The position numbers and the translations under genes are program-made. A stretch of 64,000 nucleotides of DNA from Cenococcum geophilum (Eukaryota), in contig CP158635.1 of assembly GCA_050273025.1 (NCBI GenBank), forward strand, positions 8,866,001 to 8,930,000. The letters are read 5' to 3'. Below are positions 1 to 14,483 of this stretch, one piece after another; position 1 is the first letter of the stretch; each line of letters begins with the position of its first letter. Under the pieces are notes generated by a model. That model was not told the origin of the DNA. It worked only from the letters and a program-made list of their open reading frames with translations, and ran no database searches.

Positions 1-1299
1 TCTATTTACCGCTTACTCTAGTATTAAGAAAAAGGCTATAATATTTCTACTTATAACCTAATATTAGTCTATTAAGTTTAGACAAAATACTATCCTAACC
101 ATTACCATCCTTAAAAGTCGTGTTTATTAACTTAGATTGTTTATTAATTAACTAAGACCCATATACGGATGCTAAGGGCCCATTATTTATATAAAGGCCA
201 GTTAAGTTACACCTTATAAAGTATTAGTAGAGTTTTACCAGGGAAAGACTAATAGTGTAAACTAATAGTCTAGGTGGTTTTTAGAGAGCTAAGTTAATTA
301 ATATTAAGCGGGTAATTGGTGCTAGTAGCTCTGGATTAACTATTATTAATAAGACCCTTGCTAAACGCTAGACTAGTTACTCTCCTTAACTTATTAGGAA
401 TATCTATAAAGTAAGCTTCGTTATCTAAATTAATAGGTTTTATTAACATTAAAAATAATAGTAATAGATTGCATTACTAGAGCGATTAATTAAAGTGTAT
501 CTTATATTAAAACTGTAATAGGTATAGTAGGAGCGTTGGCAGTAATTAGGAGGATATTTAGCGGAACGTACCTATTTAATAAAGTACTAGGCGGCTGATA
601 AATATAATAACGCCACCGGTATGGCTCCTCCTTAATGCACAAGCGCTGCAATTTTAAGAATTTAAGGCGTATATATATAAATTTACACTATAGTGTAAGC
701 AGATTTATACAGAGACTAGAGGACCAATCTTAATTATATACTGAAATCTTAACTCTAAGCTAAATATAAATAACTACTATTAAAGTCCATAATATTAACG
801 AGTTAATATAGCTAACTAAATTTAACGGAATATAGTAAGTTTTATGATAAAGTAGGGTAATTATTATAGGCTTATAACAAAGAGCGAGATATAAAGCTAG
901 AATAAGCCCTTTAGAACGTAAAAAGAACTAGTAAGCCGATTAAAGGCAAATATAGGGTTAGGGTACTTAGAGAGGCACTAAATAGTATTATTATGCAGAA
1001 GGCGGAAGCGGAGATTAGTGGCGTTAGCCGGTTTTATATTGCTAGCGGTTAATTAGGTTAACGTAGTTAATATAATTAATAGGGTTAACGGAGTTGATGG
1101 GGTTAATAGCCCCGCCTTAGTAGGCGGCACTCGCCTAGCGACACCAAACTTCTTATTTTAACGCCACTACGTATAATAAGTCTTACTACTAGGTCTAAAG
1201 CTAGTAATATATAAGCTGTTGCCGGATATTCCAAAACTTAATAAAAGCAGTTTCTGGTAAGTAGGGATATAAGTATAGCCTTAACTTTTAATAATAAAG

Positions 1300-1622
1300 A
1301 TCGGCAGATACTTATATAGGAGGAAGCTAAATAACTTCGCTTATTATATCTAACACGCTTTACTTAGTTTAAGATTCCTATAGACAAATAGAAGGAGCTT
1401 CTAGAGCGTTTAAATAACCTACTAGCGGCTAAGAATATACCTAAGGTAGCTACTAAAGTCCTTAATTAGCGTATAGTATAAGCCGTTAAAAAAGCCTATT
1501 GTTAGTTCCACTATATTACGGCTAAGACACTTATACTAATTTATGTTTAGCTTTATTAAATATAGCGCCTAGGGAGGAAGTAAGCGAATTAAGTTAATTA
1601 ACTAATTGACCCTAGGCATTAA
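1300..1622 (+). pseudogene. RIPed ORF remnant of unknown function
   Basis: After RIP reversion the frame reads DRQILIQEEAKQLR...ELLERLNNLLAAKNIPKVATEVLDWRMVQAVKK. It looks protein-like but no family was recognised. Confidence 0.3.
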
Positions 1623-2484
1623 CTAAGCTATATAACCCTATAAGAGATATAGGATAAGTGACCTATATATTATAGGCCCTATAAGGTATAAGAGTAGGAC
1701 TAATAGAGGGATATTACTTAGAAAAGTTGTTTTAGTTTTCTAAGTGGTTTATATATTAACGCTAGTAGCGCCCCCGCTTTTAAGTCTTCTTACTTAAAGA
1801 GGCTTATTTATACCAGACTTTATTAAAGATATTAGGCTTTTAAAGGGTTAATAGGGAGGTAAAAAGCTAGATAGAAAACGTTTACGTTAGTGTTAGTTTA
1901 TGCTTAGTGTTAAGACCGATACTATAGAAACCGGCAAATTTACTTAGCGATCTTAACTATTAAGTATTTTTATTCCCTAAGCTACTTCTTAAGCCTATTA
2001 GTCCCCTAAAAATCTCATTTTCTCTAATAAGAAGCCCCCACGCCGCACTAATAACGCCTCTTATTATATAAGGCATCCCTTTAGCACGTATATAGGCCGT
2101 AGTCTTTAATATATTAATTACCGATCTTTTTAAACCACGCTAGGATATATAAGTAGTTATCCTTAGTAAGGATAATATGCACGCCTAGGATTATTGGAAG
2201 CCCGCTATAGATATATTTATACTAGCTTCTTACCTAATTTAAAGCTTTAGATAAAGTAGCCTCCTACTATATTACCTATAGTCGCATCCTATTCTAAATC
2301 TAAATAAATTAATATTGCTATTCGCCTAGTCTACCTTATCTTAATAGAGAAGCTAGACGCAGTGTCTATAACTATAGTTTAAAATTTAGGCGTAAAGATT
2401 ATAGAGGAACCTTCTAATTAACTAATTATTCGTTTATACTCCACTCTTAAGTAAAGATAATATACTAACTATTTTATAAAATAA

Positions 2485-2901
2485 ACCCGAGAATACGCGT
2501 GCGTATATCTAGGGTGTCTATATAAAAGCATATATAGGAACAATTAGTTCCGTTATAATAATTCTTAGCACTTTTAGATAGATATATAGGTATATCTATA
2601 GGAAACGGCGACTAGCTAATAATGTCTAGACCTAAGCTATAACACGCAATGCTTTAAGCAGCATCTTTAAATATATAAGGGTACCGTTCCTTTTAAGGAT
2701 ATTAAGTTATATTATATAGGCCGGAATGGCCAATTCCAATATTAGTGTGGCTTCTATACGCAACTATAGAAATTAGAGATAGTACGTAATAAGGCTTAGA
2801 ATGAGCGTGCTAAGTATATCCTTAATCATTTTAATAAAGGATATACTTTTGGCGATTGGTAGTGTTTAGAGTTAAAAGGATATAAGGGTGAAGTTAAATA
2901 G
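2485..2901 (+). pseudogene. Fungal C2H2 zinc-finger protein, 3' exon (RIPed)
   Basis: RIP-reverted reading: REYACVYPGC...RNDWFRHDNSQHFQIDMWVC...FKQHLQIH...IGRNGQFQYWCGFC...AWNERAKHILNHFDKG...DW. This follows the fungal C2H2 pattern DWxRHxNSQH...IGRN..WCGFC..AWxERxxHIxxHF. The 5' extent was not resolved. Confidence 0.75.
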
Positions 2902-4604
2902 AATAACTCTTAGCTTCTATCTACCGTACTTCTATAGTTTTAGTTTTTGGATTACAGTGGCAAATATTATAGGGTTTATAATTTTATAGAACGTAATTTA
3001 TATTAGATTCTAAGGTTTTATTACCCGAACTTTATAACTATAATTTATCCTTTAACCCGTCAGCGCCTAATAAGTAAGTAGTCCGTATACGAACTTTAAA
3101 ACAACGCATGCCTATGTAGATTCCATTAATTAATTACCTACTATATTATAAAATACGGTTCTTTAGGAAGGATAAGTGCTAGCTACCTTATATTAAGCGA
3201 CTTAACTTCTAAAATTAAGCGTGTATATTAAATTACTATAAAATCAAAAGCTTTATATTCCTTAGCACGAGCGTTAAATTTTAGCTCGATTAATTGGTTA
3301 GTTCTTATTAATAACCGTTAGACACGAATTGACTAGTTAAGGGATAAGTGTAATTTTAATATAAAATGCTCTTAACTAATCGCTATAAACGCCATAATAG
3401 ATACTACCCTAGCCTAAGTACTAGCGTAAAGAAGCGGATACTTAAATAGCTTTAAACATTAGAGTTTCTATCTCTAATCCTATTACTTTCCTGCAATTTA
3501 TAATTCTAAAAACCTATATATTCCGATAAAGATATTACCGCAAATACTATAACGCACACCCACTACTTTATATTAGAGGATTTCTTTAGAGGTTAGATAA
3601 TTTACTTACTAAGAGGTAATAATCCGTCTGAGGTAAGGTAAGGAGAATTATACTTACTATAGCTGGAAAAAAGCTAATAGTTGCGCCGAGTATAATTATC
3701 CATAATGCTTTATCTAACTAGATTTGTTTTACTATAACCTAGAAAGATGTATTATAGTAATATATACACCACTCTAACTCTATAATAAGCTAAGCTATAG
3801 TAAATAGAACCTATACTAAGACGCTTCCTAAAGCTATTAAGACGTATACTAAAAATCGGCTTAATATTAAGAATAATAGTACTATATTAGAAGGCTGGAG
3901 TAGGGAAGAAAATAAAATGGCAATAATAAGCACCTAGCGTGCTAAGTAGGGGTTTTAGCAGTATTACTTACAGGAGTTCTATAGACTTATAACCTAGTTC
4001 CCTATTGGTGGATTCCTTTAATATAGTGGCCTTATAGACCTAAATAACTAATATAAGTAATAATAGAGACTCTAGCAACTAAGTTATTGGCTATAATAGG
4101 TCTTAGGGTAGGTAGACTTTCTAAAGCTTCTTATACCGCTAAATAAGAAGCCTAATAATAAGTTTAGGAAAAATAAAAAGGAGGAGCACCTAAAGCAAAA
4201 GATGCTCTTAGAAGTAACTTAGCTTATAGTACTAATAAAGTATAATACAGAACAGTATAAAGTAATAAAAGAACTATATATAGGAATACGTAGCATAGGC
4301 AAACTAATAATTGTGTATTATTGTAACCGAAATAACTAAGAGCGGCGAAGGGAGAAGGTAACTATATCTTTAGCCTAGCCAACCTGCCGCCCTTATATCC
4401 ATACTAGCAATACTAGAACTTATAGGAAAGTGGCCTTAAATGTCCTATTATAACTTATAAAAGAACTAATATAATATTAGAAATGCTTTTCTAGGGGGTT
4501 AAATACTATCTCCTAAGGTAAACAAAGTTAGTATAAGACTGTAGATATGTTGGGGTAAGCGGGATAGGCTAACTTTAGGGGGTAGGGGGGAGGCGTTTTA
4601 CGCG

Positions 4605-4715
4605 GTAACTACTAAATCCTAGACGTAGTATACCGCGACCACCAAATTATAAACGCCTTTGCACTATAACCGCCAAATTATAAACGCCTTCGTACTATAA
4701 CCACTAAATTATAGA
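4605..4715 (+). repeat. ~30-bp tandem subterminal repeat, 3-4 units
   Basis: accaccaaattataaacgcctttgcactata / accgccaaattataaacgccttcgtactata / accactaaattataga. Confidence 0.8.
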
Positions 4716-5869
4716 TATACTAAAAATTAGAGCCGCTACTTATAGTTAATATAGCAATCACCGCCTCTTTTAGCTAAGTATATTTAAATCTAAATCCAAG
4801 CTTTAATATAGTTGTTATCCCTTAATTAAAGATTAAATAAGCTAGTAATTATAAATAAGGATTAAAATCTATAAGCAAATATCTAAGTAATACTAAGTTA
4901 TAACTAAATCCGGCGCCTAGGATAAAACTCTATAATATCTAAAAAATACCAGTTAATACTAGTTAAAAACACAGTTGGATAGCTACTATTAAGTAGGAAA
5001 GGTTATATAAAAACGAGCCGCCGCCTTACTCCTAAGTAGTTAAATTAGAAGAGACAATTTATATTAAAGGTAAGTAATCCCAGGAATAAGGACTGTCCCT
5101 CTAAATATATTGGTATATAATAAGTCCCGCTTAACCTCTAATCCTTCTTATAAATTAGGCGTAGGCTTAAAGGCTAGGTTTAATTAATAGTTGCCTTATA
5201 CGTATAAGAGCTATCTACCTCTTTAGGTATACTATTAGGCTAACTTATATTTTAAGTGCATATATACAAAGTAAACACAACAATAAATTTGGTATTTTTT
5301 AGTTATTAAGCCTCCGTTATACCAACACCCTAAATTAACTAGATACACTATAGAACTAAAATAAGGTTAGTAATATATATATAGCTAGATAATTACGGAA
5401 TACTAAGCTAATTACTAGAAAATGCTATTTTAAATAATAATAAATAACTCTGCCGCGAATGTTTTTTAGTAGTCGGATATAATACGCTAGGTAGTTATAT
5501 ACCTAGTATATAATAATAAGAACTAAGAGTATATTACTAAATATATAATATATAGGGAGTGCCTTATTATCAGACAAACAAAAGCTCTATTAGAGTATGG
5601 TTATTTCTTAATTAAATTTTGCTTTTATTTACGTGTTTAGTTTTCTAGTTCTTTTAGCATTAGTAAGGCAACTAGCCCTAAATTTAAATCGCGTTATATA
5701 AAGGTTAAGATTTTATCTAAGTTAAAGATATAAGTTCTCTTGCCCTTAAAGTCCATAAATACTAAAAGGAGTAGTTACTAGACCTATCTAATAAGAACTT
5801 TACCTGCTTTATCTTGCAGCTTCTACAAAATTAAGGCATTGTAGTCCTTAAAGACGCAACTAATGCTAT

Positions 5870-8800
5870 TGTCAGATAATCTGTATTCTCGGTGGCGTAG
5901 GACGTGCACTGGTTACATACACGGGTCACGTGTATTATAAATATCTTCGTCTAAGCCCAGGGGCCCTAGGTCAAGCACCGATCAAGACAAGATCAAGATC
6001 ATCAATCAATCAACCTATTTCATCAATAAATAGCTCTATATAAACTATCTAACAGTTATGAGCCCAGTCCGCCGACACAAGAAGCTATTCAGCTAGTACT
6101 CAATCATTTGAAGAAATTCTACCTCATCGTCAGACTCTAACACCTCATCGTCACAAGACGACCCTAATCGAAATCCTACCTCAATTGTCACAGGACGAGA
6201 TTCCATGAGATTCCACGAGATTCCACGAGATTCCACCTCAATGGTCAAAGGACGATTCTGACGACAAGGACGATCCTGACGACAAGGACGATCCTAATAA
6301 CAAGGACGATCCTAACGACAAAATACCATCTCAATTCCTCCTTTGCCTATTAGTTAAATAACTCCACTAACTACCTCATTAAATACGATCATCCTTAATA
6401 AGTCAGAAGACTAGGAGCAATAGATCTAGTAACTATAAGCCCTCACGGACAAACAAATTTGGGCCCACGTTAACCCAAACAATGCAGTACCTTAACGAGG
6501 TCTACTACAAGAACCACCCTATCTAGAAGTTATAGATTTTAATAAGAATGTAACCTTATATATATAGCTCTCAATAAATCAATAGAGGGCGTATAAGAAC
6601 AGTAAACAATACTATAACTAGAATATAAAGTATTTCCTAAAATAAGAAGAGCACCTTTAACAGATCCGTACCTAAATTACGTCCACAGTATCAATTTAGA
6701 AGAAGCTACTACTTAACCCTTCCTTAACAGTTAAAGAATAGCTATCTTAACTAAAGGAGAACACGGAACCTACCTTATTATTTATTAGGAAAAAGGTACA
6801 GCACCAGTATATAAAAGCCCTTAAGGGGTTTAAACACTTATTAAAATTAAATTAATAGTTAGATTAATGGGAATATGTAATAGTACTAGGAGAGAAGTAT
6901 AAGATCCCTTAAATATCCGATAGAATCTAGCTTTAAGATTTAGCAGAAGTTATTTAACCTTTTAGCGACGCCTACTATATAAAGTACACTACCGAGTTAA
7001 ATAACCCGCAGAAGTTAAGATCTTCTAAATACCGTAGAGTAGTAAAGGAGCTATAAGAAGGACTTAGAACACCCTTAAAGAAAGCTAATACTACTATAAA
7101 AGGGAGTACCTTTAATGCAGACTTTGCAGAGTAAGCTATTAAGGATTACTCTAATACTACTAAAGGTTTATAAAGAGGAAGAGCCTTAGTATATAATAGA
7201 CGCTTAAAGAGAGCCGGGATACTAGTAGATAAGGAGACGTCCTATAAGAAGCTAACGCCTAAGTGCTTAGCGTGCGGAATACGAGGACACTCCCTATAGG
7301 ACTATTAATGTTTATTTAAAGATAAAAGACCTATAGGAGTTATAATAGGAGATACGCGCATTAATAGGGCACTAAAAAAGGTAGAAAAGAATAAGAATCT
7401 CACTAACTAAGTTATAAAGATTAGACTTAAAGAACAGGAAGATAAGGCTTAATAATAATAAGATAAAAGTTAGGAAGTTAAGATTAAGGGAGAAGCTAAT
7501 ACGATATTTCTAGAATTGTATCACATAGGTTAAATCCATCTATTAAAGCTATTAACTATTCTTAACTTAGGAACTACTCTCTATATTTTTAATAACCTTT
7601 CTCATTTTTATAACTTTAGGAAAGCTCTAAGACTTAAATATATCATCGCTGGCAGCTTAGAAGTGCCTATACTAGGCTATAGCGACGTTACTATCTAAGT
7701 TACAAAATCAGACAAGAGCAAGGGAATCCTATATCTTAAGGACGTTGCCTTTTATACGGACTTCAATACAAATTTAGTATTATTCCGTGTACTTTAAAAA
7801 TAAGGGTACTACTAGGACAATAAAGGAGAGAACAATCTTCTAGTTTAAAAGGATAACTTAGTCCTATATTAAATAAAAGAACGTTATAGATAATAAACTA
7901 TTAAATACGTCTAACTAGGAAGTCTATTAGCGTTTAATATAAGCCAACTACTACGCTAATAAAAGCGCAGAGCATTATTAAGAGACGCTTGTTTAGATTT
8001 AAAAGGAGATATATATCTATAGTATCTACATCTAGGTTATCCAGGACCTATAAACCTTTATTATTTAGGTCTTAACGCCTTAGGAGTTAAGCTTTAAGGC
8101 CTAAAGATAACAGAATGTTAATATTGTAGTCTCGCTAAAATTAAGCGTTAGGTCTTAAGAAGGTTCTTAAAATAAAAGATTAATAAACCCTATTTTAACC
8201 TCTATATTAACTAAACTAACCTTAAAAAAGCGTATACCGGATTTATATAAGTTATACTTATCCACAACACCTACTTAGAAAGATCCTTCCCATACTTTAT
8301 AATAACGTATAGTAAGAAAAAGGAGACACTATAGGTGCTTAAAGATTTTATCTAGTAGATTTATCTAAGGTATAACCTTAAAGTTAACACTATTAGATTA
8401 GACAACGAGCTAGGGAAAAGGAAAACCCTTAAATAGCTACGGACTTAAGGGATTATATTTAAGCCTTTAGCGCTATATACCTAAGCTTAGAACAGTACCA
8501 CCAAACGCTTAAGGGGTGTAATTATTAAAAGAGCACGAGTAATAAGAATTACTGCTAATTTACCATATAACCTATAGAATGAGATAGTTAACTATATAGT
8601 TTACCTTTAAGATTAAACGCTACGGGAAAGTAATAGTTAGATATCGCTATATAAGAGGTTTTATACCTTCCTAGCCAATAAAAGATTAAAAAAGCGGCAA
8701 CTAGTGCACCTAAAAGCCTACGGTTATAGGGCGTACGCAATAACGTTAGACGCCTAGCTAAGAAAGAAAAGGCTAAGTAAGCTAAATCCGCGAGCCCATA

Positions 8801-11490
8801 TCGGCTATCTTATCGGCTATAACTCTACCAATATCTATAGGATCTAGATCCTATATAAGGGTATCATTATCTTTATAAGGGATGTTATCTTTAACGAAAA
8901 GACGTTTTTCAATAGTAAGTAAATAGACATCTTAAAGGACCTATACGCTAAGTTAGATACGCTAATTAAGAAGATTTAACTACTTAATACCTAGACTAAG
9001 AACGAGGTCCTTCTGGAAGATAATAAAGTAGTATTTAAACCGTCAATTTAAGAGGAAGACGACGACGTTAATAAGCCAGTTTAAGCCTTTAATAAGTTAG
9101 CAGATCTTAAGCTTATAAGAGCTCTTAAAGATATATACTATATACTACCTCTAACAGAAGAAGATAAAGAATCTCTATATACCTTTTACGTCGAGTATCC
9201 TATAAAGTTAGATATATAAGGTACTAATTAAGACGTCGCTTATTAAGCAGAAGATATGTTTAATACTTAGGGGGTATCTAATAACTTAGTTAAAGACTTG
9301 TTTAAGGAAGCTAGTAATAATAGGTTTAAAGACTTTATTACTAAAAGGATTATATTAGCCTATTACAGCACCTTCTTAGCAGAAAGGAAGTTCAACCTTA
9401 ATAGTTAACTTAATAATAGTAAGCTAAAATTAGGTAGAATACGCGATATTAGATTATATAAGAAGAATCTACCTCCGCTACCTTAGTTAATCCAGAACCT
9501 TAATACGTATCCTCTTCGAGATTAGTTCTAAGAGGCTTAACGAGCCTATCTCCAATCTTATTATTAAATAAGGTCGTTTTAAGAAACAGATAAGAAGCAT
9601 ATAAAGGGATAGTAGGTCCTCAGCTTAATATAGGTATTCGTTTACAAGACAGATAAGTATGGATTTCTCCAGAAATATAAGGCACGCTTAGTAGTCTATA
9701 GAAATTAATAGGCCCTAGGAGACCTACCTACGAGAGCTACTATATTAGCTAGTATAACCTTCTAAACCCTTATAGCGATTACTACAAAATTTAACCTAGA
9801 GACGATATAGATAGATACAGTTAATGTGTTTATCTATTGCGATCTTAATAAGGTCGTCTATATAAAGCTACCGCTAGGGTTTAATAAAGGAAAGACAGAT
9901 AAAGTACTGCACTTAAGAAAAGCCCTATACGGACTACAATGATCACCACTATTATAGCAAAAGAATCTCACGAGCTTATTAAACGAATTTGGTTTTAAAG
10001 AAGTACCCTAGGAGCTATATATCATACTAAAAGGTAAAATAGTCGTCTTCTTCTACGTTAATAATATTATCTTCTACTACCAAAAGACAGATAAGAAGAA
10101 AGCTTAAGAAGTAATTAAGGAGCTAAGTAAGGAATACTAGATAAGTACCCTTAACGAGCTAAAATAATTCCTAAAAATCTATATACTACGCAATTATAGC
10201 TAGAGGCTCCTATAGCTATCCCAGAAAGCCTATATTAAGAAGATAGCTAACTAGTATAAGATAGATCTTAGAGGGTATCTTCTAAACACTCCTATGACAG
10301 AATCGGAACTCCTCCCTACTAATTACTATATAATCTATCTAATGTGTCCGTCCCCTAATATAGACCTATTAGTCCGTCCTATATCCCTACTAGCTTCTAT
10401 AATACTATATTAAAGAAAACTAGGTTTAGTACTCTATGCAGCCACTATAACGCGTCCGGATATTACCTTTGTAGTATTATAGCTAGTAAGGTTTAATTAG
10501 GACCTAAGCTAAGAGCACTATTAAGCGGTAGATAGAGTTATCTAGTATTTATATAGTACGAAGAGCAGAGTAATCTACTATAGAGGAAATAAGAAAGGAA
10601 TAAACGGTAGAGGGAAAGATAAAGGAATACGTAACTAAGGATAAGATAACGGAGACGGTAGAAGTAAAGCGCAATTATTTATCTATGCTAGCGACGCATT
10701 ATTTATAGATAACTTTATTAATAGAAAGAGCTTATAAGGATATATTATAAAGCTATTTAGGGGGCTGATTGCCTAGAGAGTAAATAAGCAGGGTACTATT
10801 ATAACATTAAGTATAGAAGCTAAGTTATTAGCCCTATTACAGATAGCAAAGAAAGCTATCTTTATTAGTAGGCTATTTAAAGTAATAACGCTACACCTAA
10901 ATAAGCCCTTAATTATTAACTGTAATAATATCTAGACACTCTAACTAATTATAGAAGACACGGTAAAGCTAATTACAAAGCTCCGATACGTTAATATCTA
11001 TTAACACTAGTTGCGTTAAGAATATATAATAAGACGAGTGCTATTATAATAGAAAGCGACGAAGGAGATAATTGCCGATGGACTTATAAAGGCCCTGCCC
11101 AAGTAGAGGTTTAAAAGCTTCATTAATATAATTAGAATAGTGGATATTAAGGAGCGGCTAAATGAGGAGAAGCAACTGGAGGACCTAAGGGAGAAGGTTA
11201 GGGCGAGAAGGAAGGATTTAGATAAGATTACGGTTCAATTAACGCATAGACGGACACGAGAAGGTAGCTAGCTTCGTCCTCGACCAGGTCGAAGCTAAGG
11301 GGGTATATCAGATAATCTGTATTCTTAGTGGCGTAGGACGTGCACTAGTTATATGCACGGGTTACGTATATTATAAATATCTTCGTCTAAGCCTAGGGGC
11401 CCTAGTTCAAGCACCGATTAAGACAAGATCAAGATTATCAATTAATCAACCCATTTCATTAATGAATAGCTCTATATAAACTATCTGACA
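5870..11490 (+). mobile_element. Full-length Ty1/Copia LTR retrotransposon (RIPed)
   Basis: 185-bp LTRs at 5870-6054 and 11306-11490. 5-bp TSD GCTAT at 5865-5869 and 11491-11495. GTTATGAGCCC primer-site motif after the 5' LTR and a purine tract before the 3' LTR. Domain order gag-PR-IN-RT-RH. Confidence 0.97.
6240..11270 (+). pseudogene. Copia gag-pol polyprotein (RIP-disrupted)
   Basis: Zn knuckle CLACGIRGHSLQDC (~7264). Protease L(D)(S)GTT (~7561). Integrase IR(S)DNE and QNG.AER-like motifs (~8390-8510). RT FYV(DD)I (10051-10068). RNase H IADGL(T)K (~11071). Confidence 0.92.
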
Positions 11491-12094
11491 GCTATTCCAA
11501 AGTAGCCGCAAATTAACGATAATAAGGTTATACCAGTTTTCTTTTCTTTAAGGAAAAAAAGCTCTGCTTACTAATACCTTTAAAGTTTATAAATGCCCTT
11601 ATTAGTTTTGCTAGGGATAGTAGTTTCTAAGTCTTATATATTAAAGAACACGATTTCCCTTAATATGCCCCACTCTTAATTAGATAATTACTAGATTAAA
11701 AGCAGCTAGCTAATAATAATAATATTATCACTATCGGTTACTATTACCTTGGAGGAGATATTAATTAGAGATAGATTGTATAGTACAACCTAGCCCTTTA
11801 AAAGAAAGAGACTAATAGTATATTTATTATTAAAGTATGTAGAGGGGATATATAAGTAATCGCGCCCACTAATTAAGCTAGCTCTTATTAAAATTAGTAT
11901 TATTTAGAACGGGTAGCTAAGACGATTAAGTCTAACTCCTACTATTAGAGAAGGGAAAGTAATAGTAGTTTATTATATATGGAATAGGAATAAGCCTACT
12001 TAATAAGTAGTAAAACGCAACTTATTTACGTTATTTAAGATATATTTTATCTAATCTCTTTACTAAGAGTCCTAAAGCTATAACTACTAACCCT

Positions 12095-13160
12095 AGCCTG
12101 CTTTATATATAAGATTATTAAAGGAAACGTTAGCGGCGTAAGGTTCCATCTTAAATTTAAAAATCCCCTTACTATAACCCCCTAGTTTACCTACCAAAAA
12201 CTCTACGTACAGAGCTATATATCTAAAATCCCCTTTAGTATTATTTCTACTAAACCTAACTATAGCGGCACTTAGTAACCCTAACCTAAAGTCCCTTCTA
12301 GCTTTAGATTTAATAGAAAAATTGGTTTATAGATCTATAGTAAATCTAAAACCCTCTTTAATAGCGCTTGGTGCTATAGAGAACTTAAACACCTTCCTAC
12401 CCCCTTATACTTTAGGTTTAATCGCACATAGCGTAGTGCTTAGTGCTATAGTAAATTTAAAGTCTCCTTCTGTAAAAGACGTTGGGATAGGCATCTAAGT
12501 ACTATCTTTGGCTTTTGAAGTTAAGGGGCTTATTTCAGCGCTTAGAGGAATAAATTCTCCTTAGCCACCGCTATTAAAGCTAGGTTTTAGCGAGTCTGTA
12601 TAAGGCGTATAAACGGTAGAGTCTTCCGTTTATTTTGTTTAATTACTAGCCTTTACTAATTATAAGTTTATATCTTATAAGCATTTCTAAAATAAAATAA
12701 TCTTATAATATACTCTTCTTAATATACGTTATAAATAGTGTAAATATTTAAGTCCGTAATAAAGCTTTTATACTATAAGCTTTCCGCTTATATTAAAGAA
12801 GACCAGCGGAAGAGTTAAATTAGTGGCTGTATGGTAGGCACGTATCCTAGTTAAGATAACGCTTTAGAATCTTATGCCTAAACCCCTCTATAGTTTTAAT
12901 ATGCTTATAATATAAATCTAGACACTAGTAAATTCTATTATAATCTTTAATAGGATAATCCTACCCTTCTTTTAACTTTAAGGGTTAAAAATGTCTAGCT
13001 CCTATATAATGCTTAAGGGCGAGAATGTGACTGATAACGGCCTTAGTGAAGGCGGCTTCGTCTACTTATATTATGGGCAATAGCCTAAATATCTCCTCTA
13101 AAATACTAACTTGTGTAGCGAGATCTTTATATAATATAAATAAACGGTATTATAGGTTGG
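12095..13160 (-). pseudogene. C2H2 zinc-finger protein with C-terminal FxFxMxP-like repeats (RIPed)
   Basis: RIP-reverted minus reading YQCLDLCHKHIKTIEGFRHKILKRHLNQDTCPPCSHRFNSSAGLLRHKRKAH (~12930-12770). Downstream frame has EGDFKFTIAL / KVFKFSIAP / EGFRFTID / GIFKFKMEP. Limits approximate. Confidence 0.5.
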
Positions 13161-14354
13161 CATCTTTTCTCTTTAATAGGCATCGACGTTTAGCACGTTA
13201 GGGGTAAGGTAGAGGTATTTTAACGGATATATTTATTATATATATTAGTTTCTTTATAAATGTTAGTATATATACCGTCTGTAGCGTATAAAGAGCTACT
13301 TACTATTATCTCTATTTAAAAGCTATCGAATGTGTTTAATAGGCGGGTAGTTAGTAAAACGTTATAAGTATATATACTGAGGTTTACCTAGCCTATATCC
13401 GAGGTCTTACCGTCTAGGGGTTAAGGCTTGGTGCGTTAAGTTGTGGGCGGAATTTAGCAGCGCTAACTGCCTAATTCCGGCTATAACTAAGCCTTAAGCC
13501 GGATATATATAATAACTAGACTTATTACTAGGTTTAGAACACATTAAATACTTTATTAGAGATAGTTTGGTTTCTCTACCCTAAATGCTTATTTATAATG
13601 TATTTACGAAGAAGAGAGTTTATATATGCCCTTTGCTAGCAATACGCAGCCCCCTTTACGTTTGTTAAATTATTTCCTCCTTTGCCTTCTTATGTATATT
13701 TAAGTAAGCCTCTCGGTTTAATATGTCTTTATAGTTACCTAGAAGAAATTCTTATATAAGCTTCTTAGGCCTCTATATAGAGACTAGCAGAGGCGTACCG
13801 CAGTTTTTATTAAGCCTATATTCACTATAATAGAAAATTAGTTATGCATTAATAGCTTAGGTGTTTGCTCTTATATTGCAATAATATTTGCTAGATATCT
13901 TTTCTACATCTTCTAGTATTTTGTGCACTAAGCTCTTACGGTATAGCAGAGATAAGTACACTTATAGTAAACCTGTATATAATTATATATTGCTAGTAGT
14001 AAACAAAAGGGAATGGATATTAAAGGATATTAAATAACAGCAATTAAATTAAGCTTTTATTCTTAAATAAAAAGGATTATTAATTAAAGAGCGTATATCG
14101 CTTTAAGTGTTAGAAAAGTAGGGTACCTAAGATCCCTATTATTACTAAAGAGTATTAGGAATTAACAAAGTATTTACACAAGAGCTTATATTACGTAATA
14201 CTGTATAGGGCCCTTTAGATAAACACTAGATAAGTAATAAGTACATTCCCTCTACTATCTTAAGCTACCGGGATTTATTACTAATACTGTTAAATCTAGT
14301 ACGCATATTATAATTGGATTAGATCTTAATATAGGGCTCCTTATACTAGTGCTT

Positions 14355-14483
14355 ACGGTATAAAGCGTCTATAATTTAATAGTCCTAGTGTGAAAGTGTT
14401 TATAATTTAGTGGTTATAATACAAAGGCGTCTATAATTTAGTAATTACTATGCAAAGGCGTCTAGAATTTAGTAGGTACTATA
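14355..14483 (-). repeat. ~30-bp tandem subterminal repeat (inverted partner of 4605-4715)
   Basis: aaaggcgtctataatttagt recurs about 4 times at ~30-bp spacing; it is the reverse complement of the 4605-4715 unit. Confidence 0.8.

Larger units (their letters stand above)
4601..14483. mobile_element. Putative non-autonomous TIR element with ~30-bp subterminal repeats, carrying gene remnants and a Copia insertion
   Basis: Left end CGCGGTAACTACTAAATCCTAGACG matches the reverse complement of the right end, TATAGTACCTACTAAATTCTAGACG. Arrays of a ~30-bp unit (CCACCAAATTATAAACGCCTTTGCACTATA) sit in inverted orientation at 4605-4715 and 14355-14483. No unambiguous TSD and no transposase recognised. 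Confidence 0.6.

Noticed and set aside
2950..4550. Further cargo genes here and at 1-1250, 14500-15500, 22340-22900
   Set aside because: Probably RIPed coding remnants, but I recognised no motif and could not fix strand or frame.
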